From NCBI GenBank assembly GCA_046582655.1, contig JAYGDX010000367.1, positions 1 to 52,195 on the forward strand: 52,195 bases of DNA, given 5' to 3'. Shown one piece after another: positions 40,802 through 51,500 of the stretch (positions are counted from its first letter, which is position 1; each line of letters starts with the position of its first letter). The translations under genes were made by a program, and so were the position numbers. The DNA is from Candidatus Poribacteria bacterium. Lineage in GTDB: Bacteria; Poribacteria; WGA-4E; UBA9662. Under the pieces are notes generated by a model that saw only the letters and a program-made list of their open reading frames with translations, made no database searches and was not told where the DNA came from.

Positions 40802-41782
40802 ATGTATAACGTTTCAATTGTATCTGTCTATCGTGATCAAGTTTGGGAAGGGAGTGAAGCTGTTTCATTTTTGAAGAAGCATAACTGTAAGGTATCTTTA
40901 AACTACTTTAAGCAAGCACCAATGGAAGATGAACTTATCGGGATTTTGAATCAAGCAGATGGGCTCATTACATCGAGTTTCCCTTATTCTGAACGAGTTC
41001 TTTCCACCGTAAGTAGGTTAAAGGTTATCGCCCGAACTGGTGTTGGCTTTGACGCCATTGACGTTGATGCAGCAACCGAAAACGGCATTTGTGTCACCAT
41101 CACACCAGGCGCAAATAGCGATAGTGTTGCTGACCATGTTATCGGATTGATGTTGAGCCTAGCTCGTTACATCCCGCGCGGTGATAGAGATATCCGCTCT
41201 GGTCATTGGTTGCCGCAGGTTGGTATCGAAGTGAGTAGAAAAACCTTGGGGATTATTGGGCTCGGAAGTATCGGGAAGTGCGTAGCTAGGCGTGGGACTG
41301 GGTTTGAGATGAAACTCCTAGCATATGATTTATATCAGGACACAATATTTGCCGCTGAACATGATATCGTCTACCTACCATTGGATGGGTTGCTGGCAAA
41401 ATCTGATTTTGTCAGCGTTCACCTTCCTTTGCTTCCAGAAACAGTGGGTCTTTTAGGTGAACGTGAACTGAAGTTGATGAAACCGACAGCTTATCTTATT
41501 AATACTGCACGGGGAGGAATTGTTGATGAAGATAGTCTGATTAAGGTGTTGAGAGGAGGTCGAATAGCTGGCGCAGGATTAGACGTTTTTTCAGTAGAAC
41601 CGCTAGATCAAAGCCCATTATCTTCTATGGATCAGGTTGTCCTTTCGCCTCACGTAGCTGGGGTTACCGAGGAATCTTGGGCACGAATGGCGTTTCAATC
41701 GGCAGAAAATATCATACAGGTTTTTCAAGAACAAAAACCTTTTGGTCTTGTCAATCAACAGGTCTTTCAAGATAAACGATAA
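40802..41782 (+). CDS. Phosphoglycerate dehydrogenase-like D-2-hydroxyacid dehydrogenase (no ACT domain)
   Basis: RTGVGFD, TPGAN, GLGSIG, INTARG, DVFSVEP, SPHVAG. ATG 40802 preferred over GTG 40754. Confidence 0.88.
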   Translation: MYNVSIVSVYRDQVWEGSEAVSFLKKHNCKVSLNYFKQAPMEDELIGILNQADGLITSSFPYSERVLSTVSRLKVIARTGVGFDAIDVDAATENGICVTITPGANSDSVADHVIGLMLSLARYIPRGDRDIRSGHWLPQVGIEVSRKTLGIIGLGSIGKCVARRGTGFEMKLLAYDLYQDTIFAAEHDIVYLPLDGLLAKSDFVSVHLPLLPETVGLLGERELKLMKPTAYLINTARGGIVDEDSLIKVLRGGRIAGAGLDVFSVEPLDQSPLSSMDQVVLSPHVAGVTEESWARMAFQSAENIIQVFQEQKPFGLVNQQVFQDKR

Positions 41783-41875
41783 GAAACTATCTTAGATAAA
41801 TCTAAGTCTACTCAATTCTTTCGATGTTGCTTGTCTTGCAAGTGTCATCCAAATTAAGAAAGGAAAGTCAAAACG

Positions 41876-42631
41876 ATGTTTCTTACCCAGCAACAAGTTA
41901 GAGATTACGAAACAAATGGTTTTATTACTGGAATCCGAGTAGCTGACGAAGTGGAGGCAAGACATTATCGGGAGTTGTTCGATCAGCTTGAAGTCAAGGA
42001 GGGTCGTGAAAAATGTCAAATAGGTTTGGTCGATCGCCACTTTGATCAGCAATTCATCTGGGGATTAGCGACACATCCGCAGATCTTAGATTGTATTTCG
42101 GATCTTATTGGGCCAGATGTTTTACTGCTGGCGACTCATTTCTTTTGCAAATACGGTCCGCAGGAAAAGTTTGTTGCTTGGCATCAGGATGTGACTTATT
42201 GGGGATTGGAACCGGCTGAAGCGATTACGGCTTGGTTTGCTATTGATGACAGTGATTGTGGAAATGGGTGTATGAGCGTTATTCCTGGCTCGCATCGTGA
42301 TGGTATCCAAGAACATGGGAAATCTGATCAGGAAGGAAATTTACTTAGTATTAATCAGGAGGTGCCTATCAGTCGAGAAGACGAAAATTGTGCTGTTGAT
42401 CTGGTTCTAAAAGCTGGTGAAATGTCGATTCACCATGGCACAATCATCCATGGCAGTTTGCCGAATCGATCTACCCGAAGACGTTGTGGATTAACAATTC
42501 GCTATGTTCCTCCTTGGGTCAGACAAATTGAGGAAAATTCGATGAAACGCAGATCGCATGCAATTTTATTACGTGGCCAGGATCAAGAGAAAAATTTCGG
42601 GGAATGCCCTACGCCGTTTTCAATCAACTGA
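41876..42631 (+). CDS. PhyH family Fe(II)/2OG dioxygenase
   Basis: WHQD (HxD), AWFAIDD, GCMSVIPGSH, IHGSLPN, RRCG. Confidence 0.92.
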   Translation: MFLTQQQVRDYETNGFITGIRVADEVEARHYRELFDQLEVKEGREKCQIGLVDRHFDQQFIWGLATHPQILDCISDLIGPDVLLLATHFFCKYGPQEKFVAWHQDVTYWGLEPAEAITAWFAIDDSDCGNGCMSVIPGSHRDGIQEHGKSDQEGNLLSINQEVPISREDENCAVDLVLKAGEMSIHHGTIIHGSLPNRSTRRRCGLTIRYVPPWVRQIEENSMKRRSHAILLRGQDQEKNFGECPTPFSIN

Positions 42632-42787
42632 ATAAGAGACTGTAATATTCTCTCCATTTTCATCTCTTGCAGGAAACGATTTAATTAGGCATCATCATTA
42701 CCGAGATCAAGCTAAATCGGCATCAGATTTATTCTGACGGTAACCGGGAGAATCAAGATACCTATCATTGATTGGAAATATTAAGTC

Positions 42788-43606
42788 ATGAAATATCGAT
42801 ATGCTGAAATGATATGGAACGAGGTCAAAGAAGCCGCTGATCAAGATCGGATTGCCGTTCTTCCTGTTGCTACCTATGAAGATCATGGACCTCATCTTCC
42901 TGTTGATACCGACGTAGTTCTGTGCACGGAGATTTGTCAGCGAGCAGTAGCCAAGATTCCGCTTGAAGCAGTGCTGATTCCTCCTGTGCTGCATGGTTAT
43001 AGTCCTCACCATATGGATTTTCACGGTACAATCACTATCAGCTGGGATACATTCATTAGGTATGTTAAAGATGTCTGTTGCAGTCTCGCCTATCATGGTT
43101 TTAAACGTATTCTGGTGGTAAATGGACATGGGAGCAATACGTCACCACTTGATTTGGCCGCACGGTTAACGAATATTGAGTACGAAGGAAAAATCTTATG
43201 TGCTTCAGTTAATCACTGGGATCTTCGCCAAGCGAAGGAAGCAGGCAAAACAATTAGGGATTCGAGTTATGGAGGTACCTCGCATGCAGGTGAGTATGAA
43301 ACATCCCTTTATTTGGCATTGAAACCTGAGCTGGTTGATATGAGTAAGGCTGTCGACGAAAGATCACCTTTACCACCAAGTTTTAAGACTGATCTATTAG
43401 CAGGTACGCACTCTGAAGGATCTAGTGCACGTTTAATTCCTTACTGGAGTTCACAAACCGCTAGTGGAGTGATGGGTGATGCCACCAAAGCATCAAAGGA
43501 AAAAGGAGAGAAATTTCTGGGGGCAGCGATTGAAGGATTGATTGAGTTGATACGAGAACTTGGGGCAACAGAAATTTTGCCCCGTCGCAATCAACATTGC
43601 TCTTGA
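42788..43606 (+). CDS. Creatininase-family amidohydrolase
   Basis: EDHGPHLPVDTD, SPHH, NGHGSN, HAGEYETS, GVMGD..ASKEKG. Confidence 0.92.
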   Translation: MKYRYAEMIWNEVKEAADQDRIAVLPVATYEDHGPHLPVDTDVVLCTEICQRAVAKIPLEAVLIPPVLHGYSPHHMDFHGTITISWDTFIRYVKDVCCSLAYHGFKRILVVNGHGSNTSPLDLAARLTNIEYEGKILCASVNHWDLRQAKEAGKTIRDSSYGGTSHAGEYETSLYLALKPELVDMSKAVDERSPLPPSFKTDLLAGTHSEGSSARLIPYWSSQTASGVMGDATKASKEKGEKFLGAAIEGLIELIRELGATEILPRRNQHCS

Positions 43607-43860
43607 GCTCATATTTAGATCAGTCAATACTTGATTTAACTCCAACACATTAAGGTCGGGCTTAGCTTCCAGAGACTTATTGGCACACGCTGATTATGTA
43701 AGAACGCTTTCATGGTTTCAAGATCGTGTTGACTGGCGGTAATTAACTTTTCTTTATGTTTCCCAGTGTATGGACAGTTTATCAGATGGACTGGCAGCTC
43801 GTATTTCTTTAGCACACCAACCCATAGTTAATTATGTTCCGTGTAACAAGTTGATTATGG

Positions 43861-44290
43861 TCCAAAGCCAAAGGTAGAAAATGGTATTTCTGAGCCTGGG
43901 TTGGTCAACCCCCCAAACTTGTCGGATTTCATGTTAGTTGAAGGATATCCGGGCGATAAAATCCTGAAGAGGACTCCACTGGGTCGAGGGCCGTTCGACA
44001 ACAAGCAGCGTGTGTTTGAATTTGATGTTGGAGTGCTTCCAGATATATTCGGTTGGGGACCTGACAGCCATAAGGAAGGCCATACGAAAATTCCAAAAAG
44101 TGGAAAGAATGTCATGGCTTTTCTCCAACGGCAAGCTAGTGCAAATAATAAAATGCTCGTCTTCATGTGGACGGATGACGAAGCATGTCAGCTAGCTAAC
44201 AAAGATTACGAAAAAGCCAAAGAAAAAGTATTATCAGTAGAGAAGACCGATAAACTTCCCACATTTTAGGAACAATTAAATTCATGCATC
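43861..44290 (+). pseudogene. Relic of a protein of unknown fold bearing the C-terminal tail
   Basis: AKGRKWYF*AW (TGA 43891-43893), a +1 shift into LVNPPNLSDFMLVEG...VFMWTDD, and the end VLSVEKTDKLPTF*EQLNS with TAG (44267-44269) at the tail Trp. Confidence 0.7.
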
Positions 44291-44350
44291 AATGATTCTA
44301 TTTTCCGCAGCACCGAATAAAGCAAATTAAGTGAGGAGATTAATTTAAAG

Positions 44351-45208
44351 ATGATGACACCCGAACAACGATATTTATTTGACATTACTGGATATCTTCA
44401 TATTGAAGGGGCTGTAACTGGCGAAGCTCTAAAAAAAGCGCAGAAAGCAGCTGAGCGATATATTTATTGTCATCCCGACGAGCGGCCACCCGGATTCAAA
44501 CCACGTGGCGATGATTTACCTGTTGAAGATTTAGGAAATCGTCCCCTGATTAGATACCAACATGGATTTGCTTTTGATAAATCCTTAGAATCCCTGACAA
44601 TGCATCCAGCCATTTGGCCTTTATTGAAGGAATTGACAGCTGACATGCCAAGGTTTGTTAGTGGGACTCTATCTTATGAACAGCATAATCCTGACCGTCA
44701 ACCGATTGAAAAGAATCCAGCTGGATTGCATTGTGCTCGAGAAGGACGCTATTGGTATACGCGTTATCAGGTAAAAGATGGCCGTATTTTCTGTAACGAT
44801 CTGGTTTTTTTCTTTTACTTGACAGATGTCAATCCAGGAGATGGAGGACTGATCGTAATCCCTGGTTCACATAAGAGTGCGTTTGAAAGGCCCGATGAAT
44901 TACTAATACCTAACGCAGACGGCATTGACCCGGAACCTGATCCAGTGTTTACCAACCTGACTCCTAAAGCGGGTGATTTTCTCTGCATCTCTGAACTATT
45001 AACCCACGGTGTGTTGCAATGGAAACCGGAAGACCGATCTCGGCAATTCCTCATATTGCGCTACCGCCCCCAATACGAAGGTAAAGTCTCACTACCACAA
45101 GAAATTATTAATCGGCTTTCACCAGAGACGCAAGAACTCGTTGCTTCTGCCTCCTATGGCCATATCAAAGACATTATTAATCAAGACCCTGTTACTCTTA
45201 CCGCCTAA
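44351..45208 (+). CDS. PhyH family Fe(II)/2OG enzyme with HxA motif
   Basis: EQRYLFDITGYL, LHCARE, YLTDVNPGDGGLIVIPGSHKS, KAGD, ELLTHG, RSR. GAGGAG RBS. Confidence 0.88.
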   Translation: MMTPEQRYLFDITGYLHIEGAVTGEALKKAQKAAERYIYCHPDERPPGFKPRGDDLPVEDLGNRPLIRYQHGFAFDKSLESLTMHPAIWPLLKELTADMPRFVSGTLSYEQHNPDRQPIEKNPAGLHCAREGRYWYTRYQVKDGRIFCNDLVFFFYLTDVNPGDGGLIVIPGSHKSAFERPDELLIPNADGIDPEPDPVFTNLTPKAGDFLCISELLTHGVLQWKPEDRSRQFLILRYRPQYEGKVSLPQEIINRLSPETQELVASASYGHIKDIINQDPVTLTA

Positions 45209-45581
45209 AAATTATCTGGATTCAGCAAATGAGAAGGCTAGGTTTGAAAGGAATCCTTCCCAGTCTTTGCTGAGGCAGTGGAGTTGCTCCAAGAAAGCAA
45301 AAGTCTGATTTCCTGTCTATCATTTTGGTTATTTGTATTTGATAACCATCGATCCTTCTAGTTTGGACAGGTGCCAGGCACATTTCAAATTACATTCATA
45401 ACTGACGTAGCCAGTTTAAGGGAAAGTTTTTTTGATTGGGCTTAACATAGGGGTAAAGAGATCGAAAGATCTGATGAATTGCTGATATCTAGCAGATAGC
45501 ACTGGTGCTTGAACCAGTCGGAGACTTACCAATGCTCATTAGCCTTACAGCCTGACCTTATTTCTACTAGCCGGCAAATGA

Positions 45582-46550
45582 CTACTTTGACAACCCTACA
45601 TGGAAATAATTTTTAATTTTTCTGGCATGTATAGCTAGAAGAGCAAAGCTCGTGGTTTGTAGATTTGCTTTTGGAACATTAAGTTCAATTGGAGTTTGAC
45701 TGACAAAACTACCGTCTTTTTGTTGCATGTGCTTGAGATAACCGATGGCTAATTTGTCAGTATTAAGTTGATCCTGACAGGCAACCAAAGCCAAAATAGC
45801 GTAAGCGGTAATTTCTGGGTCACTCGGTTTCCCTTTGCCAAGGGGAAAACCGTTATCTTGGTTCTGTTGTTGTTTCAACCATGCCAATTGTACATTGACA
45901 TCGTACACCAATGAAATGCCCTGCAGTACCCAAGATGTTGCGATAACATCTGATTTCGTACCCCGTTTCATTGACCAACCATAACCATCAATTGGGTTGA
46001 TTTGATTTGCAAGCCAATCAGATGATTTTGTGATCGGTGTATACTTCGATGTAACTAGATATCGCAAGCCGGAAAGAACAGCACCTGTGTAGAGCACATT
46101 GCCTGGTTGGTTGAGTTGCTTTCCCCAACTTCCATTACTATTTTGAGCTTCCGATAGCCAAGTTAAGCCTTTTTCTCTTACTTTAGGGTCCCTTTGTCCT
46201 AAATGTAGTGTAGTCAAGACAAAAATGGTGTGTGCAGTGTTTCCACTCCAACTTCCATCACTACGTTGTTTTTTTATCAGAAAATCCATGCCTCGATTGA
46301 TGACTGTCCAACCAGTGCCATGTCCCTGTACCAATAACGCTTGCATCACCAGCGCTGTGATTTCGACGTCGCTGTCTTTACCAGGAAGCAGCGGCCAGCC
46401 TCCATCTCGATTCTGGCTGGTCAACAGATAGTTTTCCGCCAGCTCAATCGTTTCGCGCGTTGTCTTGGCAACAATTAGACTTGTCAAGCATAGAAAAATC
46501 GCTACAATTAATGTAGACGCGGCAACAAGATGGTATTTGGAAGATTTCAT
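45582..46550 (-). CDS. Secreted prenyltransferase/squalene cyclase (QW) repeat protein
   Basis: Hydrophobic N-terminus; repeats QNRDGGW, QRSDGSW, QNSNGSW, QINPIDGYGW, QNQDNGF, QQKDGSF. No DxDD motif. Confidence 0.85.
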   Translation of the reverse strand: MKSSKYHLVAASTLIVAIFLCLTSLIVAKTTRETIELAENYLLTSQNRDGGWPLLPGKDSDVEITALVMQALLVQGHGTGWTVINRGMDFLIKKQRSDGSWSGNTAHTIFVLTTLHLGQRDPKVREKGLTWLSEAQNSNGSWGKQLNQPGNVLYTGAVLSGLRYLVTSKYTPITKSSDWLANQINPIDGYGWSMKRGTKSDVIATSWVLQGISLVYDVNVQLAWLKQQQNQDNGFPLGKGKPSDPEITAYAILALVACQDQLNTDKLAIGYLKHMQQKDGSFVSQTPIELNVPKANLQTTSFALLAIHARKIKNYFHVGLSK

Positions 46551-46574
46551 GTATTTACTTGTGTATCCTTAGTC

Positions 46575-47354
46575 TTACCATATATTTCTGACAGGTACGT
46601 TTTCTTGTTGGAGATACGATTTGATACTACTAATTGAAAATTCACCATAATGGGTAATGGATGCAACAATCGCTGCATCGGCATGACTTTTAATGAAAAC
46701 GTCTTGAAGATGTTCTGGTTTACCTGCTCCACCAGAGGCGATAACTGGAACGGACACTAGTTCAGCTATTTTGCCGGTTAGATCTAATTCGTAACCTGAC
46801 TTGGTTCCATCTTGATCAATGCTGTTTACCACTAGTTCCCCTGCCCCCAATTCAACCCCGCGTTGGCTCCACTCCAGTGCGTCAAGGCCCATAGGACGAC
46901 GTCCTCCATCAATATATATTTCATAGCCACTAGGTACTTGATCTTTCGGCTCAACGTTCTTAACCTGCATACTCAACACCACACACTGGCTGCCAAATGC
47001 TTCTGCTCCCTCCGAAATAAGATTGGGATTGCGTACTGCTCCTGAATCTATAGAAATTTTTTCAGCCCCTGCTAGCAGAACGGCACGCATATCATCAATG
47101 GTTCGCAGACCACCACCAACCGAAAACGGAATAAATATTTCACTGGCTACAGCCGACACTACATCAATCATTATATCTCGTTTTTCATTGCTGGCTGTAA
47201 TATCGTAAAAGACCAATTCATCTGCTCCATTTTCATAATAAAATTGTGCCATCTTAACTGGATCACCAACATCTATGTTGCCTTTGAACGCAATGCCTTT
47301 TGTCACTTTTCCATCTCGAACATCAAGACACGGAATAATACGTTTGGTTACCAT
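46575..47354 (-). CDS. hisF: Imidazole glycerol phosphate synthase cyclase subunit
   Basis: [55 protein letters not shown]. Alternative start GTG 47372. Confidence 0.96.
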   Translation of the reverse strand: MVTKRIIPCLDVRDGKVTKGIAFKGNIDVGDPVKMAQFYYENGADELVFYDITASNEKRDIMIDVVSAVASEIFIPFSVGGGLRTIDDMRAVLLAGAEKISIDSGAVRNPNLISEGAEAFGSQCVVLSMQVKNVEPKDQVPSGYEIYIDGGRRPMGLDALEWSQRGVELGAGELVVNSIDQDGTKSGYELDLTGKIAELVSVPVIASGGAGKPEHLQDVFIKSHADAAIVASITHYGEFSISSIKSYLQQENVPVRNIW

Positions 47355-47425
47355 TATAATGCTTGATTTCACCTCACAAAGATGTATTTGTTAACTGATA
47401 ATAACTGAAACATATTTGCTTGAAC

Positions 47426-48511
47426 TCAAAGTTTCGGTCTTAAGTCATTGATATCTTTAATTGTGTTTTCATGGTTGTCAATTATTAGTAACTGATTATC
47501 CTCTGGGATTAAGAGGTCTCTGGCGTCTTTATCCGTTTTGACAATGAATCCTGCATCTGTAATCATGTGTATAACCCGGTTTCTGGTACCACCTTTGGAG
47601 TTTAGGTAACCGTCAATAAAGAGCGAATTTGCCGGATAAAGTGCCATAACTTCCATGCTGCGGAGGTGTAACTCTCGACCGGCAGCAACCCGGATATCAG
47701 CTTCTGGATTCACTAGGCGATATAAAGACAGAATACGCAAGCAATACTCCGGATTTAGCTTTGGTGTTTGTGACAGGACGTTACCTTCAAAAGGAATTAA
47801 GTAGTTGATAGGTATTGAACTGACACCCAATTTCCGCAACGTTTTAGCCAATTCAATGATATCCTCTGTTTTTTCTCCCATGCCTACGATGATTCCGGAA
47901 CAGAGTTCTATCCCAACCTGTTTAGCTACCTGTAATGTATTGATCCGATCGGCGTATGTATGAGTGGTACAGATATTGGGATAATTCGTTTCTGAAGTAT
48001 TAATGTTGTGGTTCAGTCGATCTAATCCTGCCTCTTTAAGAACTTGGGCATCTTCTTTGTTGATGAAGCCGATTGAGACGCAAACTTGAATTGGAAATAG
48101 TGCTTTGATGTCTTTGATCAATTTGGCTAAATGTTCAACACGTTTTTTCGACGGTCCCCGGCCAGCAAAGACCATACAGTATCGGAAAGCACCTGCTTCA
48201 TAAGCTCGTTCTGCTTCATCTATAATCTCTTTATCCGGTTTAAGCGTATATTTTTCTATCTCCGCATTTGATGATTTTGCCTGGCTGCAGTAATGACAAT
48301 CCTCAGGACAATGCCCATTCTGAGCGTTGTTGATCATGTGAAGTTGTACTTCGTTACCAAAGTATTTTTTCCGCACTTGATAGGTAGCGTCAAGCAACGG
48401 CAGTAGCTCAGTTCCCGATGTTGCAGTAAGTATCTGCACGCATAATTCGTTGGATAAGAGTTCCCCGCGCATACTTTTTAGGGCTAATTCCTGATAAAAT
48501 TCTCGTTTCAT
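47426..48511 (-). CDS. bioB: Biotin synthase
   Basis: Radical SAM CPEDCHYCSQ; [2Fe-2S] ligands in RYCMV, VCVSIG, LCSG and RVAAGR; LNHN, PIN, ANSLF. Confidence 0.95.
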   Translation of the reverse strand: MKREFYQELALKSMRGELLSNELCVQILTATSGTELLPLLDATYQVRKKYFGNEVQLHMINNAQNGHCPEDCHYCSQAKSSNAEIEKYTLKPDKEIIDEAERAYEAGAFRYCMVFAGRGPSKKRVEHLAKLIKDIKALFPIQVCVSIGFINKEDAQVLKEAGLDRLNHNINTSETNYPNICTTHTYADRINTLQVAKQVGIELCSGIIVGMGEKTEDIIELAKTLRKLGVSSIPINYLIPFEGNVLSQTPKLNPEYCLRILSLYRLVNPEADIRVAAGRELHLRSMEVMALYPANSLFIDGYLNSKGGTRNRVIHMITDAGFIVKTDKDARDLLIPEDNQLLIIDNHENTIKDINDLRPKL

Positions 48512-48556
48512 AATTATTTTTTTCTTCCAGTTAATTAATAACTTGGTTGATACTGA

Positions 48557-51500
48557 CTAGAATTCCGGTAACTTGTGAGTTACGCGGCGTGTATTGTATT
48601 CTAGGCGATAACGAAGATAGTCAGGATCGTTGGGGAAATGCTCACCATCTTTAGGAGGATAACTGGTTGAACCATGGAATGGTAATGGTTCGACCCTTTG
48701 AGATGCAAGCGTATTGATATCGCCATCTTTTACCCACCCATCGCTGAATAAAATGAATGATCTGGTCCAGCCATCTTTTAAGGTTGGGAATTGATCGGCA
48801 TCAAACTCAACGGTTATTTCATCACCAGCATTCATAATAACGGACATGCTGTCACTTTTTTTTAGTAATTCTCCAACTTCACCGTAACGGGTGTAGAAAC
48901 CTTCCAAGTCTCGCCATGGTCTTTTTCGGTCAATTTGTGAGTAATCATAAAGGTGTGGTGCGTGTGGAGTTGGCCGATATATCTTCGGAAATCCCAGATA
49001 GTGTAAATCCGCACGATTCGGATGTCGCCGTGTTATGTGCATCGGAACATTATGATTGCCTAAAGTAAAGAAAGCACGATCCCAATAAATTTGCATATTG
49101 GTAGCAATGCGAAGGCGTCGATCGCCAGATAAGAATTTATTGGTCAAATCGATGACCAGTGTTTTATTCTTCCCCGCAGGAATGCCAATTAAGTCAATAA
49201 CAGTTTGCCATTCACCTTGATCGGTTTTTACTTGGAGATATGGGAATCTCGGATTTATAGATGGGTTTTGCGATATTGACACGTTGATAGATGTATCAGT
49301 TGGAAAAACCCAACCCGTTAAAAATAAAAGGGTCTGTTGATTAACGTCGATATTGCCAAGGTCAAGTTCAATAAAATGCGGATCGACAACACCTTGAAAC
49401 TTTCCCGGCTTATGTTCAACGGCATATTTATAATCAAACTCACCAAGTGCAATTGACACGTCCTGTCCTTGATGATCAATGGCTGATTTGGGGAACCTCA
49501 TCTCCCTAACGGCATGAATCTCAAATTCAGGGAATGGTAACGGCGTAAATCGCTCATCAATGAAAATTTGTGTGCCAGTTGGATGGTCAACAGCAATCAA
49601 CTGAACTTGATCAAAGTATGTCGTTTCCCATAGTTCTTCCGTAATCTGAAGCGAATACGTGCCATTTTCCGGTTTCATCTTATGACCGATTAAAACGTAA
49701 TCTCTTGATGAATCAGAGGAAGCAACTGTCCCGATGGAAGTTATCATACCGAGCGCACTTCGCCATAGGAGATCGGTCTTGAACTGGAATCTTTCACCAT
49801 CGAAGACGTACAAAAATGGGCATGATCCCTTCAAAACCTGTTTTTCTAAAATCCGTTGATTTGTTCTTGGAGAGATTACGTTCTGCGGAACACCGTTTGT
49901 CCAAACTATACGTAGAACATCTGCCTGTTCAATAGGTCCCAACCCAAAATGGACAAAACTGTGTTGCCGAAATGGGCTTTCTAAGCCTGGATCCACCTCA
50001 GAATTATAATTGGTAATGAGTTTTTCAACGTATGTCATCTGGTACAGATCGCCAGCTTTTATTTCAACTCTTGATCCTAGCCCATAAGCATTATTCTTAT
50101 TATTGCCTGCAGCAACTGCTTCCAATTCGATTTGCAGCCAACCGTTTTGATTGCCACCTTCATTCTGAATGAGAAACCTATCCCCCCAACTTCCAACTAG
50201 AAGATCAAGATCTCCATCATTATCGTAATCTTCAACTTGACCGTCAATCCAGTTACTTTTTCTGCTAGCATTATCCTTCTGGACATCGTCAGTAGATTGT
50301 TTTACAAACAGATTCGGTGGGTCGAAGATCGGAATCAAGTGTGACATGTCAGAAAATTTTGCGGTGCCGTCGTTTCGAAAAAGCGACATCCTACGCTCAC
50401 CAACCACCCAAACATCAAGGAATCCGTCATTATCATAGTCCATAAAATGGACGTCTATTCCTCTAACGGACACCAACGTAAGATCTTTGATAAACACCCC
50501 GTCACCTCGGTTTAAATAAAGTTGGGTATCTGTTTTTGTCGCCACACAGATATCGAGAGCACCGTCGTGATCATAATCCGCACTGTCAATGGCAACAGGA
50601 TTCTTTAATTCACTCAGAATGGTCGTTACTTCAAGTTTTCCTTGCCTAAGGTTATCTAAAAGTAAGCACCCTTGATCAATGCTTGCTATGATGATGTCCA
50701 GATCTCCATCGTTATCAAAATCACCAGATGTGATTGATTGACCTCCATGGTTCAGAGATGGTGTAAATGTTCGATCCGAAACATCAAGAAAGCTGTCATT
50801 TCCGTTATTGCGATGCATTTGGATTCGATCAGGGTAAACAGTCAGATTGTCGAGATCTCCATCGTGATCGTAGTCGATTTGAAGACTGGTTAGTTCTTGG
50901 TTTCTAGAGATCGTCGCATGGTGTATCGGCTGAGAAAAACTGACTGTAATCGGTTTGGTTTTGGTTGCTATCAAGCGGGCCTTAAAACGTTGATCAAACT
51001 CTTCAATCGGATGTCCTAAGATCGGGGTAATCAGTTCACCTATGCCCTGCTGATATCTCGGCGAATTCTTATTAATGTTCTCAAAGATACGAAAATTTCG
51101 GTTAGCTGCTTTCATGTCACCTGCTTCAACCTGTTTCATACCTTCGTCAAGATATTTAAGCTTTTCTAAATCGATGTCGGAGAGTAAAATGCGCAATTCT
51201 TTGCCAATTTGTTCGACCTGTTCAATATCGTCATGGTTTAATAGTAATGCTTGTGAGAGCTTGAGTAGCACCACGATGTTTGTAGGTGTTAGTTTTCGAA
51301 GGAATCTGAGATCCGTGATTGCCCTCGAGATTGCTTCGTTATTTCGCCGGTCCCGCAAGTTTTCACGAATGAGAAGATAACGTACTGCTAGATCATCGGG
51401 CTTTAATCGCAGCGCTTCTTTCAGTTCAGTAATCGCCTGGTCCGATTTCCCCTGAAAATGATGGATTTCCGAATAAATAGAATGTAGTTGACTATTCAAT

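Noticed and set aside
7463..44269. Stop-codon reassignment (TGA or TAG read as Trp), suggested by stops at Trp positions 7465-7463, 43891 and 44267
   Set aside because: Both TGA and TAG are involved, each one G-to-A change from TGG. Many intact genes end properly at TGA or TAG and use TGG for Trp, and the affected genes carry other lesions.
45582..46550. Squalene-hopene cyclase (shc) call
   Set aside because: About half the expected length, no DxDD motif, and an N-terminal signal-like helix.
1121..51380. Numerous 60-150 aa ORFs antisense to or nested in the called genes
   Set aside because: They are shadow frames of well-supported CDSs, with no recognisable motifs.
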